From an uncultured Methanosarcinales archaeon (lineage in GTDB: Archaea; Nanobdellota; Nanobdellia; Woesearchaeales; DSVV01), in the NCBI GenBank assembly GCA_964469935.1, contig CAYXZQ010000005.1, forward strand, positions 1 through 57,670: 57,670 bases of DNA. Reading direction: 5' to 3'. Under the pieces are notes generated by a model. The model had not been told where the DNA came from, searched no databases, and was given only the letters and a program-made list of their open reading frames with translations. Below, one piece after another: positions 36,713-45,493 of this stretch. A program made the translations under genes and the position numbers. How positions within the stretch are numbered: the first letter of the stretch is position 1; each line of letters opens with the position of its first letter.

Positions 36713-38049
36713 AGCTCCCTGAGGTAGCCCCAGTTGTGCAGCTTGTCGCTGTCCTCGAACCAGCTGTCGCCTATGTCGGTCCTGTAGTACATGTGGGGTA
36801 TCTTGATGTTCCTGATTCTCGTGTAAGCCTGCTGCTGGGCCTGTTTCATTGTCTGGCCGCACCCGCATACGATGAGGACGACTCCCGACTCGCCTGTTAT
36901 GAGCCATTCCTTCTTGACCCTCTTTACGTCCTCTATGTGCACGCCCTCTGGCGGAGACTTCTTGAAGAATATGATGGAGTCCTTTGACTTTACGTCGAAC
37001 GTCTCCTTGTCGGTGTATGGGAAAGGCGGCACGACGATTCTCACGCCCACCTGGAATCCGCTCTTTGTCTTGAGCTTCGGGTTGCCCCCTCTTGCGAGCT
37101 CGTACATGAAATATCCAATCGGCGTGAGCATCCCCTCGTGCTGGATGCTGATTGTCGGATAGCCGAACCTGGCTGTCCATTCCAGCGGGTATATGCCGTG
37201 GTTGTTGACAATGCAGTTGAGGTCTACGTAACCTACGTACTTCTCCTCGGCAAGCTTTCCCTCGAACTTCCTGAGCGTGTGGTTGAATATCTTGTTCGGC
37301 CCGCTCCAGAACATGGACGTGCCCATCTCCCCTGTGCTCGGGCCGAGGTTGCCGGGAAAGAGCTTCTTGTGCTCGAAATTGACATTGATTGGATACAGGA
37401 ATTCCTTGCCGTTGAAGAAAGCGCCTACAGCGACCTCGACGCCAGAGACCCTCCTCTGGAGCTGGAACGAAGGTATCTTCTCTGCCCAGGCGTTCTTGTA
37501 GTCATTGAGCACCTGTATTACGTCCCTTCCGTCATCCTCCTCGCCAACGAAGAGCAGGCCTTTTAGGTTCTGCGCCTCTCCAGAGGGCTTTATGACATAC
37601 CTGTTCGGGTTGTGCTTGACGAACTTGATTGCCTCGCTAAAGCTCCTGAAGTTCCTGTACGGGATTATGGGAACCCCGTATTTCTTGAGCTGCTCCTGGC
37701 CGAATGACCTGTTGTCCTCTAGCCTGTCCGTATACGGCGTCCCGCCGATGACGTATTTTCCCCTTCTCCGGAGCTTTCTCGCGATTGTCCCCATGCCAAG
37801 GACATCGTCGAATATTATGACATCTGCCCAGGCGACCTCGCTCTCCCAGTCGTCGACCTTTGTGAAGAACCCGTTTCCCACTTCCTTGTCGGATTCGGCC
37901 TTTGTGTAGAACCTGACCTCGTGGCCCTCTTTTCTTATCTGCCAGGCGAGGTCTCCGCAAAGGGCGTCTATGGTTATGAATAGGAATCTTTTAGGGGAGA
38001 AATCCTTGATGCTGTTTTTCCCGTTGGACCGGTTGTTATTTCCTGCCAT
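36709..38049 (-). CDS. PurD-related (phosphoribosylamine-glycine ligase-like) ATP-grasp protein
   Basis: LEDNRSFG, YVIKPSG, GVEVAV, EHKKLFPGNLGPSTGEMG, LEWTARFGYP, YYRTDIG; lacks the PurD N-terminal GSGGREH. Start probably 38049. Confidence 0.85.
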   Translation of the reverse strand: MAGNNNRSNGKNSIKDFSPKRFLFITIDALCGDLAWQIRKEGHEVRFYTKAESDKEVGNGFFTKVDDWESEVAWADVIIFDDVLGMGTIARKLRRRGKYVIGGTPYTDRLEDNRSFGQEQLKKYGVPIIPYRNFRSFSEAIKFVKHNPNRYVIKPSGEAQNLKGLLFVGEEDDGRDVIQVLNDYKNAWAEKIPSFQLQRRVSGVEVAVGAFFNGKEFLYPINVNFEHKKLFPGNLGPSTGEMGTSMFWSGPNKIFNHTLRKFEGKLAEEKYVGYVDLNCIVNNHGIYPLEWTARFGYPTISIQHEGMLTPIGYFMYELARGGNPKLKTKSGFQVGVRIVVPPFPYTDKETFDVKSKDSIIFFKKSPPEGVHIEDVKRVKKEWLITGESGVVLIVCGCGQTMKQAQQQAYTRIRNIKIPHMYYRTDIGDSWFEDSDKLHNWGYLREL

Positions 38050-38355
38050 AAGAATGAGAACCCGGGAAAAGGATTGAGTATTTAATTTTTTTGTTTTTAA
38101 AAGCAATAATGATACCGCCAATACCTTTATATATATCCTGCAATCATTTCCGGTCATGCAGAAATCAGCCGGGTTCGGTTTTGGGTTCTTCTTTTGGTTC
38201 AGATAGTTCATCATCCCGGCACAAGCTCCATTCTCGCGCGGCCTGAAAAGCCCGATGCGCACGGAGCGAAAACCGGGCTACTCAGTGTTTATATATAATC
38301 ACAGGAAATCTTTGCTTTTTCGATCCTTGTTCAGGATAAGATTATGAAATGAGAT

Positions 38356-38676
38356 ATGAAGGAGGATGATGAAATGTACAATACTGATGATTTCACCAAC
38401 GGCGGTTATGCCAATTCTGCCACGCAGATTGACGATCTGGTGGAGGCAGGGAACTACAGGGAGGCCATAAAGGTGGCGAGCAACCCGCCTGTCATGTATT
38501 CAAGGCTGAACGGATATACAAAAGGGCTTATGGGTTATGCCATTGACAGGGTTCTCAAGAAGATAGCTAACGACCTTGAAAAGATGAATGCCGGCATGGG
38601 TATTTTGGAGATGAAAGGCCAGCTGGAGGAGATGATTGCATCTGTCAGCCCCAATGGCAATGGAAAAAAAGGCTGA
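38356..38676 (+). CDS. Hypothetical protein
   Basis: 106-aa ORF with a TTTATATA box upstream; no recognised motif. Confidence 0.55.
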   Translation: MKEDDEMYNTDDFTNGGYANSATQIDDLVEAGNYREAIKVASNPPVMYSRLNGYTKGLMGYAIDRVLKKIANDLEKMNAGMGILEMKGQLEEMIASVSPNGNGKKG

Positions 38677-38951
38677 TGCGGCATCCCGGCCGGATGATGG
38701 GAATCTGCATCATCCCTACTATATATAATATTATAGTATTATGGTACATAGTATATGGCAGGCAAATCTCGGCAGTGCACTCTTTCTGCACAAACTATAT
38801 ATATCAGGAAAGCAATTAAAGCCCTGTTTTTAAATAAAGAGGCCCTGAAACTTTGTACTTATCCGCAAGTAACAAATGACCAGGGCGGTTGAATTTGGAG
38901 GATAGAAGGCCTGTAACCAAAACACGGCGAAAAAGTGAGACATTTTTGTTC

Positions 38952-39021
38952 GAAAACTTTATAAAGAAGGTTTTTCATTATCCCGAGCGTAGCGATAACC
39001 ACATACAGTAAACTTTATATA
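38952..39021 (+). promoter_or_regulatory. Tandem BRE/TATA-like promoter boxes upstream of the S-layer gene
   Basis: GAAAACTTTATAAA (38952) and AAACTTTATATA (39010). A similar AACTTT(T)ATA motif precedes rnp2, Sm and rpl44e. Confidence 0.55.
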
Positions 39022-39106
39022 GGACGAAAAAGTCCCCGGGAAGAACCCTGAAAAGGGTGATTCCAAAATTTAAGGTGGCCTAAAAACCAGACACGGAGGT
39101 GTTAAT

Positions 39107-41605
39107 ATGAAGGTGAAGAAGGCAATAAAGCGAATTGCTGCCATCGGAATAGGAGCGTTCATGATGGGCGCGACAGTGATGGGAGCAATGGCCGTAGACC
39201 TTAGCAACTACCCCAATATGTTCATCAAGAACGGGCAGTTCGATGGACTGATAGTAGTGGGCAAGAATGCTAACTCGATCGATTCGATCGGGGCAATCAA
39301 CGTTGCTTTGGGGCTGCAGAAGGCTGCAGTGACAAAGACGACTGTCTGCGGAACACCGACAAGCTCGACCACAGCGGTCAGCGAAGGTGTGAAGATTGAC
39401 AAGAGTAACACGCATATGAGCTATGGCGAAAGCATAGCTGGCGTGCAGGACACCCTGGATTCCGGCGACCTGCCGAACATCCTTGCTGACGACACATACA
39501 GCGAGTCAGAGGGAGACAATAAGAACACTGAGGATTACACACAGGTTCTTAACTTTGTTGACGGCACAGGCCAGATGAAGTATGTCCAGGATGACAACGG
39601 CGCAGAGGATGCAGGAAGCTATCTCTATTTCAGCGACAAGCAGCCTGCTTACTCGTATGTGCTCGAGTTCGACACACCTGTTGAGTATGCTACGACTTCT
39701 GCTGACATCGCAGCTGATTTCGAGAGTTCGACATTCCAGATGCAGGGCCAGGAGTACACGATAACCGATGCTCACCAAACGAGCGGTGTCCTCGATAAGC
39801 TGACCCTCATGGCTGGCGAGTCAGTCATGTGGCTTACCCAGGGGCAGTCTGTGACAAAGAGCATCAACGGCGTGGACCACACGATCACCATGGTCGATGT
39901 CAATGACGGAGGGACCAAGTGCGGTTTCGACGTAGACGGCTCGACTATCTGGATCGATGTTGACGACACCCAGACCGTGAGCGGCGTGACCCTCGGAGTG
40001 ACAGACGCAACTGCTGTGCACACCGAGAACTACGACGCAGACGTCTGTAAGGTCTTCATCGGCGCTGACGAGCTTGTCCTCGAGGACGGGCAGAAGGTCC
40101 AGAAAGGCGGAGTCGACATAGACGGTTCAATGGTCTCTCTTTCCTCTGACAGTAGCCAAGTTACTACAGCAGGCGAGTGGACCGGTCTGAACATCTCATG
40201 GACACCGGACGACGACACGTATCTTGCAGCTGGCGATGAGCTTGTCGACCCTGTATTCGGGAACTTCAAGTTCGTTTTCGGCGGAATCTCAAAGACGACT
40301 GAGAACATCGAGATGACAGCAAGCTCCTCTGACGGGCAGCTGACATTCGTGAACACAGACGGCAAGGATGTGACCATACCGTATGTCCTGGATGAGTCAG
40401 TAGCATCTCCGACAGACGTGGTCTTCGGTGACAACTACGACTCCAAGCTGTTGTACTACGCTGACGGATCCAACGGTCACAATACATGTGACGGCAACGG
40501 AGATGTCAAGGACTGCCAGAACTCGGAATGGCTTGTTGTTGAGAACAAGGAAGCACATGTCCTGAAGATCAACAACATAGACACGTCGAACCAGCAGATC
40601 GATTTCGAGGACATTACCTACGACACCCTGGACAAGGACAACGACTACACGAATGGCGTAGCGACAAACGTATATGTCTCAGGCGTAGGGACCCTCTCAG
40701 TTACTGTCGACGATTCTGGAGCAACCCAGACCGTGACAATAAGTGAGGCCAGCCTTGGCGACCCGGAAACGATCGAGTCAGACTATGGCGCAACGTTGAC
40801 TCAGTTTGAGAACGTCGGTGGCATGATCCAGCTTGCCTGGAAAGAGAACACCGACTCGTCGATGTCAAACAACAACGTGACGACGATCAACACGACCATC
40901 TTCTACGACAGCGGCACGGACGAGACCCTGAAGATTGCGAACCCGCATTTTGATTCAATCAGCGGTTCTGATCTTTTCGGCGGAGTTGGCGGTTTCGACC
41001 TCTCTGACACCGACAACGACAACAAGAGATGGGCAACCACGTACGGCACGATAGTCGAGTACGACAAGGAGAACAAGGATGACCTGACAATCGTCCACCC
41101 GGACGACTGGGTCAGCGGTGATGTCTACATTGCACCGACATCCGCAGCTCTATCCACAGTAGAGGGCAGCGGTGAAGGTTGCACGACAAGCGAGAAAATC
41201 AACCCGATACCGTCCACAGTGAACAAGTTTGATACAGAGGTATTGTCCACGTATCAGACGACGAATGTCATCAGTGTAGGCGGTCCGTGTGCTAACTCGC
41301 TTTCAGCAGCACTGCTCGGTAATCCGGAAGTGTGCTACCAGGGCTTCGAGGAAGGCAAAGCTCTCATACAGCTTTTCCAGAACGGGAACAATGTAGCACT
41401 TGTCGTAGCAGGCGGTACAGGACAGGACACGAAGCTTGCATCAGAGATCCTGCAGAACTATGAGAACTATGCTCTGTCAGGCATGGAGATGGAAGCAACC
41501 ACAGTCAGTGAGAGTGCCCTGAAAGTCACGCCTGTGACAGCAACGACCACAACGACGACCACAACGACGACCACAACGACGACGAACACATCGGACATGG
41601 AATAG
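39107..41605 (+). CDS. S-layer protein
   Basis: Signal peptide MKVKKAIKRIAAIG...GAMA, DLSNYP..F, IVVG..A, C-terminal ISVGGPCANS..A and LVVAG.T..DT..A, as in the euryarchaeal/DPANN S-layer family; acidic; GGAGGTG Shine-Dalgarno. Confidence 0.9.
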   Translation: MKVKKAIKRIAAIGIGAFMMGATVMGAMAVDLSNYPNMFIKNGQFDGLIVVGKNANSIDSIGAINVALGLQKAAVTKTTVCGTPTSSTTAVSEGVKIDKSNTHMSYGESIAGVQDTLDSGDLPNILADDTYSESEGDNKNTEDYTQVLNFVDGTGQMKYVQDDNGAEDAGSYLYFSDKQPAYSYVLEFDTPVEYATTSADIAADFESSTFQMQGQEYTITDAHQTSGVLDKLTLMAGESVMWLTQGQSVTKSINGVDHTITMVDVNDGGTKCGFDVDGSTIWIDVDDTQTVSGVTLGVTDATAVHTENYDADVCKVFIGADELVLEDGQKVQKGGVDIDGSMVSLSSDSSQVTTAGEWTGLNISWTPDDDTYLAAGDELVDPVFGNFKFVFGGISKTTENIEMTASSSDGQLTFVNTDGKDVTIPYVLDESVASPTDVVFGDNYDSKLLYYADGSNGHNTCDGNGDVKDCQNSEWLVVENKEAHVLKINNIDTSNQQIDFEDITYDTLDKDNDYTNGVATNVYVSGVGTLSVTVDDSGATQTVTISEASLGDPETIESDYGATLTQFENVGGMIQLAWKENTDSSMSNNNVTTINTTIFYDSGTDETLKIANPHFDSISGSDLFGGVGGFDLSDTDNDNKRWATTYGTIVEYDKENKDDLTIVHPDDWVSGDVYIAPTSAALSTVEGSGEGCTTSEKINPIPSTVNKFDTEVLSTYQTTNVISVGGPCANSLSAALLGNPEVCYQGFEEGKALIQLFQNGNNVALVVAGGTGQDTKLASEILQNYENYALSGMEMEATTVSESALKVTPVTATTTTTTTTTTTTTTNTSDME
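41543..41584 (+). repeat. 12-bp tandem repeat (ACAACGACGACC) encoding a 14-Thr tract
   Basis: Directly visible at the 3' end of the S-layer gene. Confidence 0.9.
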
Positions 41606-41630
41606 ATTTTTCCATTTTTTTTTTAATTTT
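41606..41630 (+). terminator. Oligo-T archaeal terminator after the S-layer gene
   Basis: atttttccattttttttttaattttt immediately after the stop codon. Confidence 0.6.
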
Positions 41631-42828
41631 TATATATCCCAGAAATGATATTGTGCTTTGTTCTCGTGATTGAAACTTTGACTCTGCCTGAGCTCTTCCT
41701 GCAGCCTGAGACCTGGATGGTCCTGCCTCTTGCAGATGCGAGCATCTCTCCCCTGTGTCTTCCCGGGCAGACAATCTCAGCTGGTACGGTCTCGCCTTTC
41801 CTGAAGGGGTTTGCGAGGGGCTTTGCAGCAGAGACGCCCAGGTCCCCTGCCCTGACCCTGAGCTTCATCCCGGTCTTTTGCTCCCATTCCTCCAGCTTTT
41901 CGTAGAAATCGTCCATCCCCATGGGCTTTACAGGCTTTCTGCCATGCTTGTAGACAAGGTAATTCTGTATGAAGACCTTTATGTCCTTTGCCTTGAAATG
42001 CCTGATAATGCGCTCAATCTCACTGTCATTTTCGCCCGGCAGGTAGACAGGGGCTATCTGTACGTCGAGCCTCTCTTTTGCATAGGATATCATGTCAAGG
42101 ACATGGGAGACATCGTAGGGGCAGCCTGCAATCCTTTCTGCAAGCTCCTTGTCCATGGAATTCAGGGACACTATCAGTAGGGAGAGCCCTGCATCCCTTA
42201 GGTCATCGATGAGGGCTCTTGTGAGCATCGTGCCGTTGGTGTTGACTGATATCTTCGCCACAGATGGGATGGCTGAAATGTCCCTGATCAGAGGCGCAAG
42301 CGGCCTGTAGAGCAGGGGCTCCCCATAGGGGTTGATATAGACCTCGACGCTTTCGCATTGCTTCTCCCCGAGCAGCCTTTGGAGCTCCTGGACCAGATAA
42401 TCCTTTTCAACGTAATAGTCTATAAGGCTCCTGCTTCCCCTGCCCTCGTCGATGGAGCAGTAGACACACCCGAGGTTGCATCCTGTCGCAGGCCGGAGCT
42501 CGACTATTGTCGTGTTCCTGTCGATTATCCCGAAATATTTCGACCCAATCAGGGGGATGGAAGAATCACGGTGGACATACACTGTCCTTTTGCCTGTCAT
42601 GATGCTCCTGAGCCTCAAAAAACCCCTGTTCATGAGCAGATTCACCTTGTTTTGTGCCTTTTTGTCCGCAAGGCCGGCAAAGACAAGGGCTCCTTCCTTT
42701 ACCTCGAATTCACCTATGTCCTGGAGCTCTTGGTTCTCCAGGTCGAAAAAGTACATGCCCTGGAACACTGCCCTGACACTGCCTTTGCCCTTCCTGAATA
42801 CAAGCTCATCGAACCTTATCTCAGCCAT
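41623..42828 (-). CDS. Radical SAM protein with C-terminal TRAM-like domain
   Basis: PLIG...FGIIDR, GCNLGCVYCS, GEPLLY, TNG; start likely at 42828 (MAEIRF). Confidence 0.88.
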   Translation of the reverse strand: MAEIRFDELVFRKGKGSVRAVFQGMYFFDLENQELQDIGEFEVKEGALVFAGLADKKAQNKVNLLMNRGFLRLRSIMTGKRTVYVHRDSSIPLIGSKYFGIIDRNTTIVELRPATGCNLGCVYCSIDEGRGSRSLIDYYVEKDYLVQELQRLLGEKQCESVEVYINPYGEPLLYRPLAPLIRDISAIPSVAKISVNTNGTMLTRALIDDLRDAGLSLLIVSLNSMDKELAERIAGCPYDVSHVLDMISYAKERLDVQIAPVYLPGENDSEIERIIRHFKAKDIKVFIQNYLVYKHGRKPVKPMGMDDFYEKLEEWEQKTGMKLRVRAGDLGVSAAKPLANPFRKGETVPAEIVCPGRHRGEMLASARGRTIQVSGCRKSSGRVKVSITRTKHNIISGIYKN

Positions 42829-42895
42829 TTCAGTCCAGGGAATCCCGGGCTCGTATATAAAAATATTTATATTCCCGGAAAAACCCCTATTTCCG

Positions 42896-43573
42896 ATGGC
42901 AGAAAAAGCAAAGGAAAACGAGATAAACATCACCTACGAGACCCTTTACGAGCTACTTAGGAGGGAGAAGAACCGCGAGGAGCTCCAGGAGTTCAGCCAG
43001 GATTTCTTCAGGGACCTCGTGAGCTATATCGAGTCGAAGGAAGAGATAATCAAATCAGGCGAAGGCTCGGACATGCTTTCCGCTTCTCAGCAGCAGAAGA
43101 ACAAAATCCAGCTGGAGAACATAAGGAAGATCCTCAAGGAGCTCTACGAGAAGAGGGAGAGAAAGATAATAAACATGGCCCTGACAAAGTCCCGGACAGG
43201 CTCAGACATAATAGACATGAGCAGGCTCCTCGGCGAGGAGAAGATGCTCTACGACGAGCTCAAAGGCCTTCTTGACAGGTTCAGGTCAGGGATACTGGCA
43301 AACATCGTCAGAGGGAAGCTGCCGAAGGTCGATGCCGTGCAGGAATTCGCAGCCAAAGGGAAGGAGGATGCTGCAAAACCAGCTGAAAAAAAGCCTGAAG
43401 AGGCCAAAAAGTCCACTGCGCTGATACGTTTCCTTCAGCCGGTGCCCAAGTTCCTGGGCAAGGAGCTCGAGACCTACGGGCCCTTCGACAAGGACGAGAT
43501 CGCCACGCTTCCGTCTGAGATCGCCAGTGTCCTCATAACCAAGCAGAGGGCTGAGGAGATAGAGCAGGAATGA
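42896..43573 (+). CDS. GINS complex subunit (Gins51/Gins15-like)
   Basis: TYETLYELLRREK...LQ....DF, YEKRERKII..A, EEK.LY, C-terminal VPKFLG.ELETYGPF...IATLP..IA.VL; adjacent to rpl44e. Confidence 0.88.
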   Translation: MAEKAKENEINITYETLYELLRREKNREELQEFSQDFFRDLVSYIESKEEIIKSGEGSDMLSASQQQKNKIQLENIRKILKELYEKRERKIINMALTKSRTGSDIIDMSRLLGEEKMLYDELKGLLDRFRSGILANIVRGKLPKVDAVQEFAAKGKEDAAKPAEKKPEEAKKSTALIRFLQPVPKFLGKELETYGPFDKDEIATLPSEIASVLITKQRAEEIEQE

Positions 43574-43670
43574 GGCGATAGGCACATGTATCAGGCCTCT
43601 TTTTTGTTGGGATCCTGTCTGTCCTGAGAGAGAAACTTTTATAAATAACCTCCTTTTCTAGCGCCCCAGG

Positions 43671-43982
43671 ATGAAAGTACCGAAGACAGTCAAGAGGCAC
43701 TGCCCCTACTGCAGGAAGCACACTGAGCACAAGGTCACCCAGGCGAAGAAGAAGACCCCGGGCTCTGCCCACCCGCTGAGCATGGGCTCGCAGAAGAGGA
43801 GGGGTTTTCACAAGGGCAAGGGAAACCTAGGGACAAGGGGAAGCAAGCCCGCGCTCTCGAAGTTCAAGATGACAGGGGCCAAGCAGTCAAAGAAGACCGA
43901 TTTCCGCTATGAGTGCGCAGCCTGCAAGAAGCAGCACACCCAGGCCTACGGCATCAGGGCCAAGAAAGTCGAGTTCAAGTGA
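43671..43982 (+). CDS. rpl44e: 50S ribosomal protein L44e
   Basis: MKVPKTVKRHCPYCRKHTEHKV...KK...RYECAACKK. Confidence 0.97.
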   Translation: MKVPKTVKRHCPYCRKHTEHKVTQAKKKTPGSAHPLSMGSQKRRGFHKGKGNLGTRGSKPALSKFKMTGAKQSKKTDFRYECAACKKQHTQAYGIRAKKVEFK

Positions 43983-44009
43983 GCCCTAAAGCATGCTCTT
44001 TCTAAGAAG

Positions 44010-44438
44010 TCATTTCCCGCTCAGTTCTATTATCTCACGCGCGTCATAGAGCTTGTTGAACTGGGCCATTATCTTGACTATGTCCGTCGTCGTGACAATG
44101 CCTTTTAGCTTGCCGTGCTCGACAACCGGGACCTTCTTTATGTTGTGCCTCACCATGGTGCTGCTGACGTCCTTGATGTCCATGTTGACTTCGACTGTCA
44201 CCATGTTCATGCTCATAATCTCCTCTATTCTTGTCTCGTCAGGGTTCCTCCTGATGGCAAGGACCTTCCTGACAAGGTCCCTCTCGGTGACTATCCCTAT
44301 CGGCTCCTGGTTCTCCTCGACGATGAGGCAGCCGATATTGTGCTTTCGCATGAGGCCCGCCGCCTCGACTGCAGGGCTCTGCCTGGTGACAGTAATGACG
44401 TTCTTGTTCATCCACTGCTCGACCTTGAAGACCTGCAT
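44010..44438 (-). CDS. CBS-domain pair protein
   Basis: IGCLIV...GIVTERD and IKKVPVV...GIVTTTD. Confidence 0.92.
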   Translation of the reverse strand: MQVFKVEQWMNKNVITVTRQSPAVEAAGLMRKHNIGCLIVEENQEPIGIVTERDLVRKVLAIRRNPDETRIEEIMSMNMVTVEVNMDIKDVSSTMVRHNIKKVPVVEHGKLKGIVTTTDIVKIMAQFNKLYDAREIIELSGK

Positions 44439-44591
44439 GTTCTCCCCTTTTTTGACGGGCAATATCCTGTGTTGGCCCGGGACATCTTGCAGCAGCCTGT
44501 TATAAATAATTTGCGGTTTTCACTCCACGCCCTATCAGCCTATTCAAGAAAAACAGTAAACTTTAAATCTGAGAGAAGAATCACGCTTTTT

Positions 44592-44777
44592 ATGGCGCTC
44601 AAGGAATGCGAGTTTTGCAACAACAAGGTCCCGCCGGGCGGGCAGTGCAACAAGTGCGGGTTCATAGACGGCCTGCACAGGCAGCCGACCGACGACGAGT
44701 TCAGGGCTGCAAGGAAGATAAACGAGCAGAACAGGTACAAGCAGTTCGAGAACCTGGACATGCTTCTCCTGGATTAG
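44592..44777 (+). CDS. Small zinc-ribbon protein (61 aa)
   Basis: MALKECEFCNNKVPPGGQCNKCGF; AAACTTTAAAT promoter-like box upstream. It is the true gene at the 3' end of the spurious 44115..44777 ORF. Confidence 0.75.
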   Translation: MALKECEFCNNKVPPGGQCNKCGFIDGLHRQPTDDEFRAARKINEQNRYKQFENLDMLLLD

Positions 44778-44825
44778 CTGATTCTGGATGTTTAAGAAAG
44801 CAGATGAACAATGCAGCAGTATTGG

Positions 44826-45356
44826 TCAGAGCACCCAAAGCGCCGGTTTTACAAGCCACGAAGGGGCTTTTTGAGCCAGGGAGAAGAACAGGCCGTTAGG
44901 ATAGGCAATGATGTTGCCGTTCTTGAACCACTTATATAGGGTTCCCGTGTCAGTCGTCCTGATGTACAGTTCAGGGTTTGCGACATTCTTGTCATTGAAG
45001 ATTATCACCCTGTCATAGTCGCCCTTTATCCCCTTGAGGTCACCCTTCATGTACATTGGCCCGTAGCCTGCCAGGATCTCAGGGCCGATTGTCTGGTTGT
45101 TGTCGAATCCCCTGACCATGGTGCCGTTCTGGGCTTCTAGATAGAGGATGTGCTCGCTCTTTGTCGCGTTCTTGATGCTGCCTATGTCCTGGAAGATGAC
45201 CAGTCCGAGTATTGCGCTCAGGACGAGGATTATGAGGACGCCTGTTATCGCCACCTTGACGATGCTCTTGATTATCTTGAAGAGGACGGCAAGGGCTATG
45301 ATGAGAAGGATGATGAATATCAGCGAATCGAACATGCTTTGCTGCAAGGCATCCAC
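44826..45356 (-). CDS. Hypothetical membrane protein (2 N-terminal TM helices)
   Basis: Two hydrophobic helices followed by a soluble domain. Confidence 0.7.
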   Translation of the reverse strand: MDALQQSMFDSLIFIILLIIALAVLFKIIKSIVKVAITGVLIILVLSAILGLVIFQDIGSIKNATKSEHILYLEAQNGTMVRGFDNNQTIGPEILAGYGPMYMKGDLKGIKGDYDRVIIFNDKNVANPELYIRTTDTGTLYKWFKNGNIIAYPNGLFFSLAQKAPSWLVKPALWVL

Positions 45357-45400
45357 ATATAAAAAACTTTTTATTTAGGTTGTATTTTTCGTGGGAGCAT

Positions 45401-45493
45401 ACGGCAGTGGTCCAACGGCTAAGACACGACCCTCCCAGGCAATATTTATTGCGGAGTGAGGTCGTTATCCGGGTTCGAATCCCGGCTGCCGTA
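45401..45493 (+). tRNA. tRNA-Gly(CCC) with a 21-nt intron at 37/38 (45438..45458)
   Basis: Acceptor ACGGCAG/CTGCCGT-A, anticodon stem CGACC/GGTCG, T arm CCGGG-TTCGAAT-CCCGG, clean bulge-helix-bulge (CTCC/GGAG). Confidence 0.9.

Noticed and set aside
42476-42933. Long overlap between the radical SAM and GINS ORFs
   Set aside because: Over-extended starts; the ATGs at 42828 and 42896 give a normal divergent pair.
31281-45493. Integrated element bounded by tRNAs
   Set aside because: No integrase and no distant att duplication seen; the interval contains core genes (S-layer, GINS, rpl44e).
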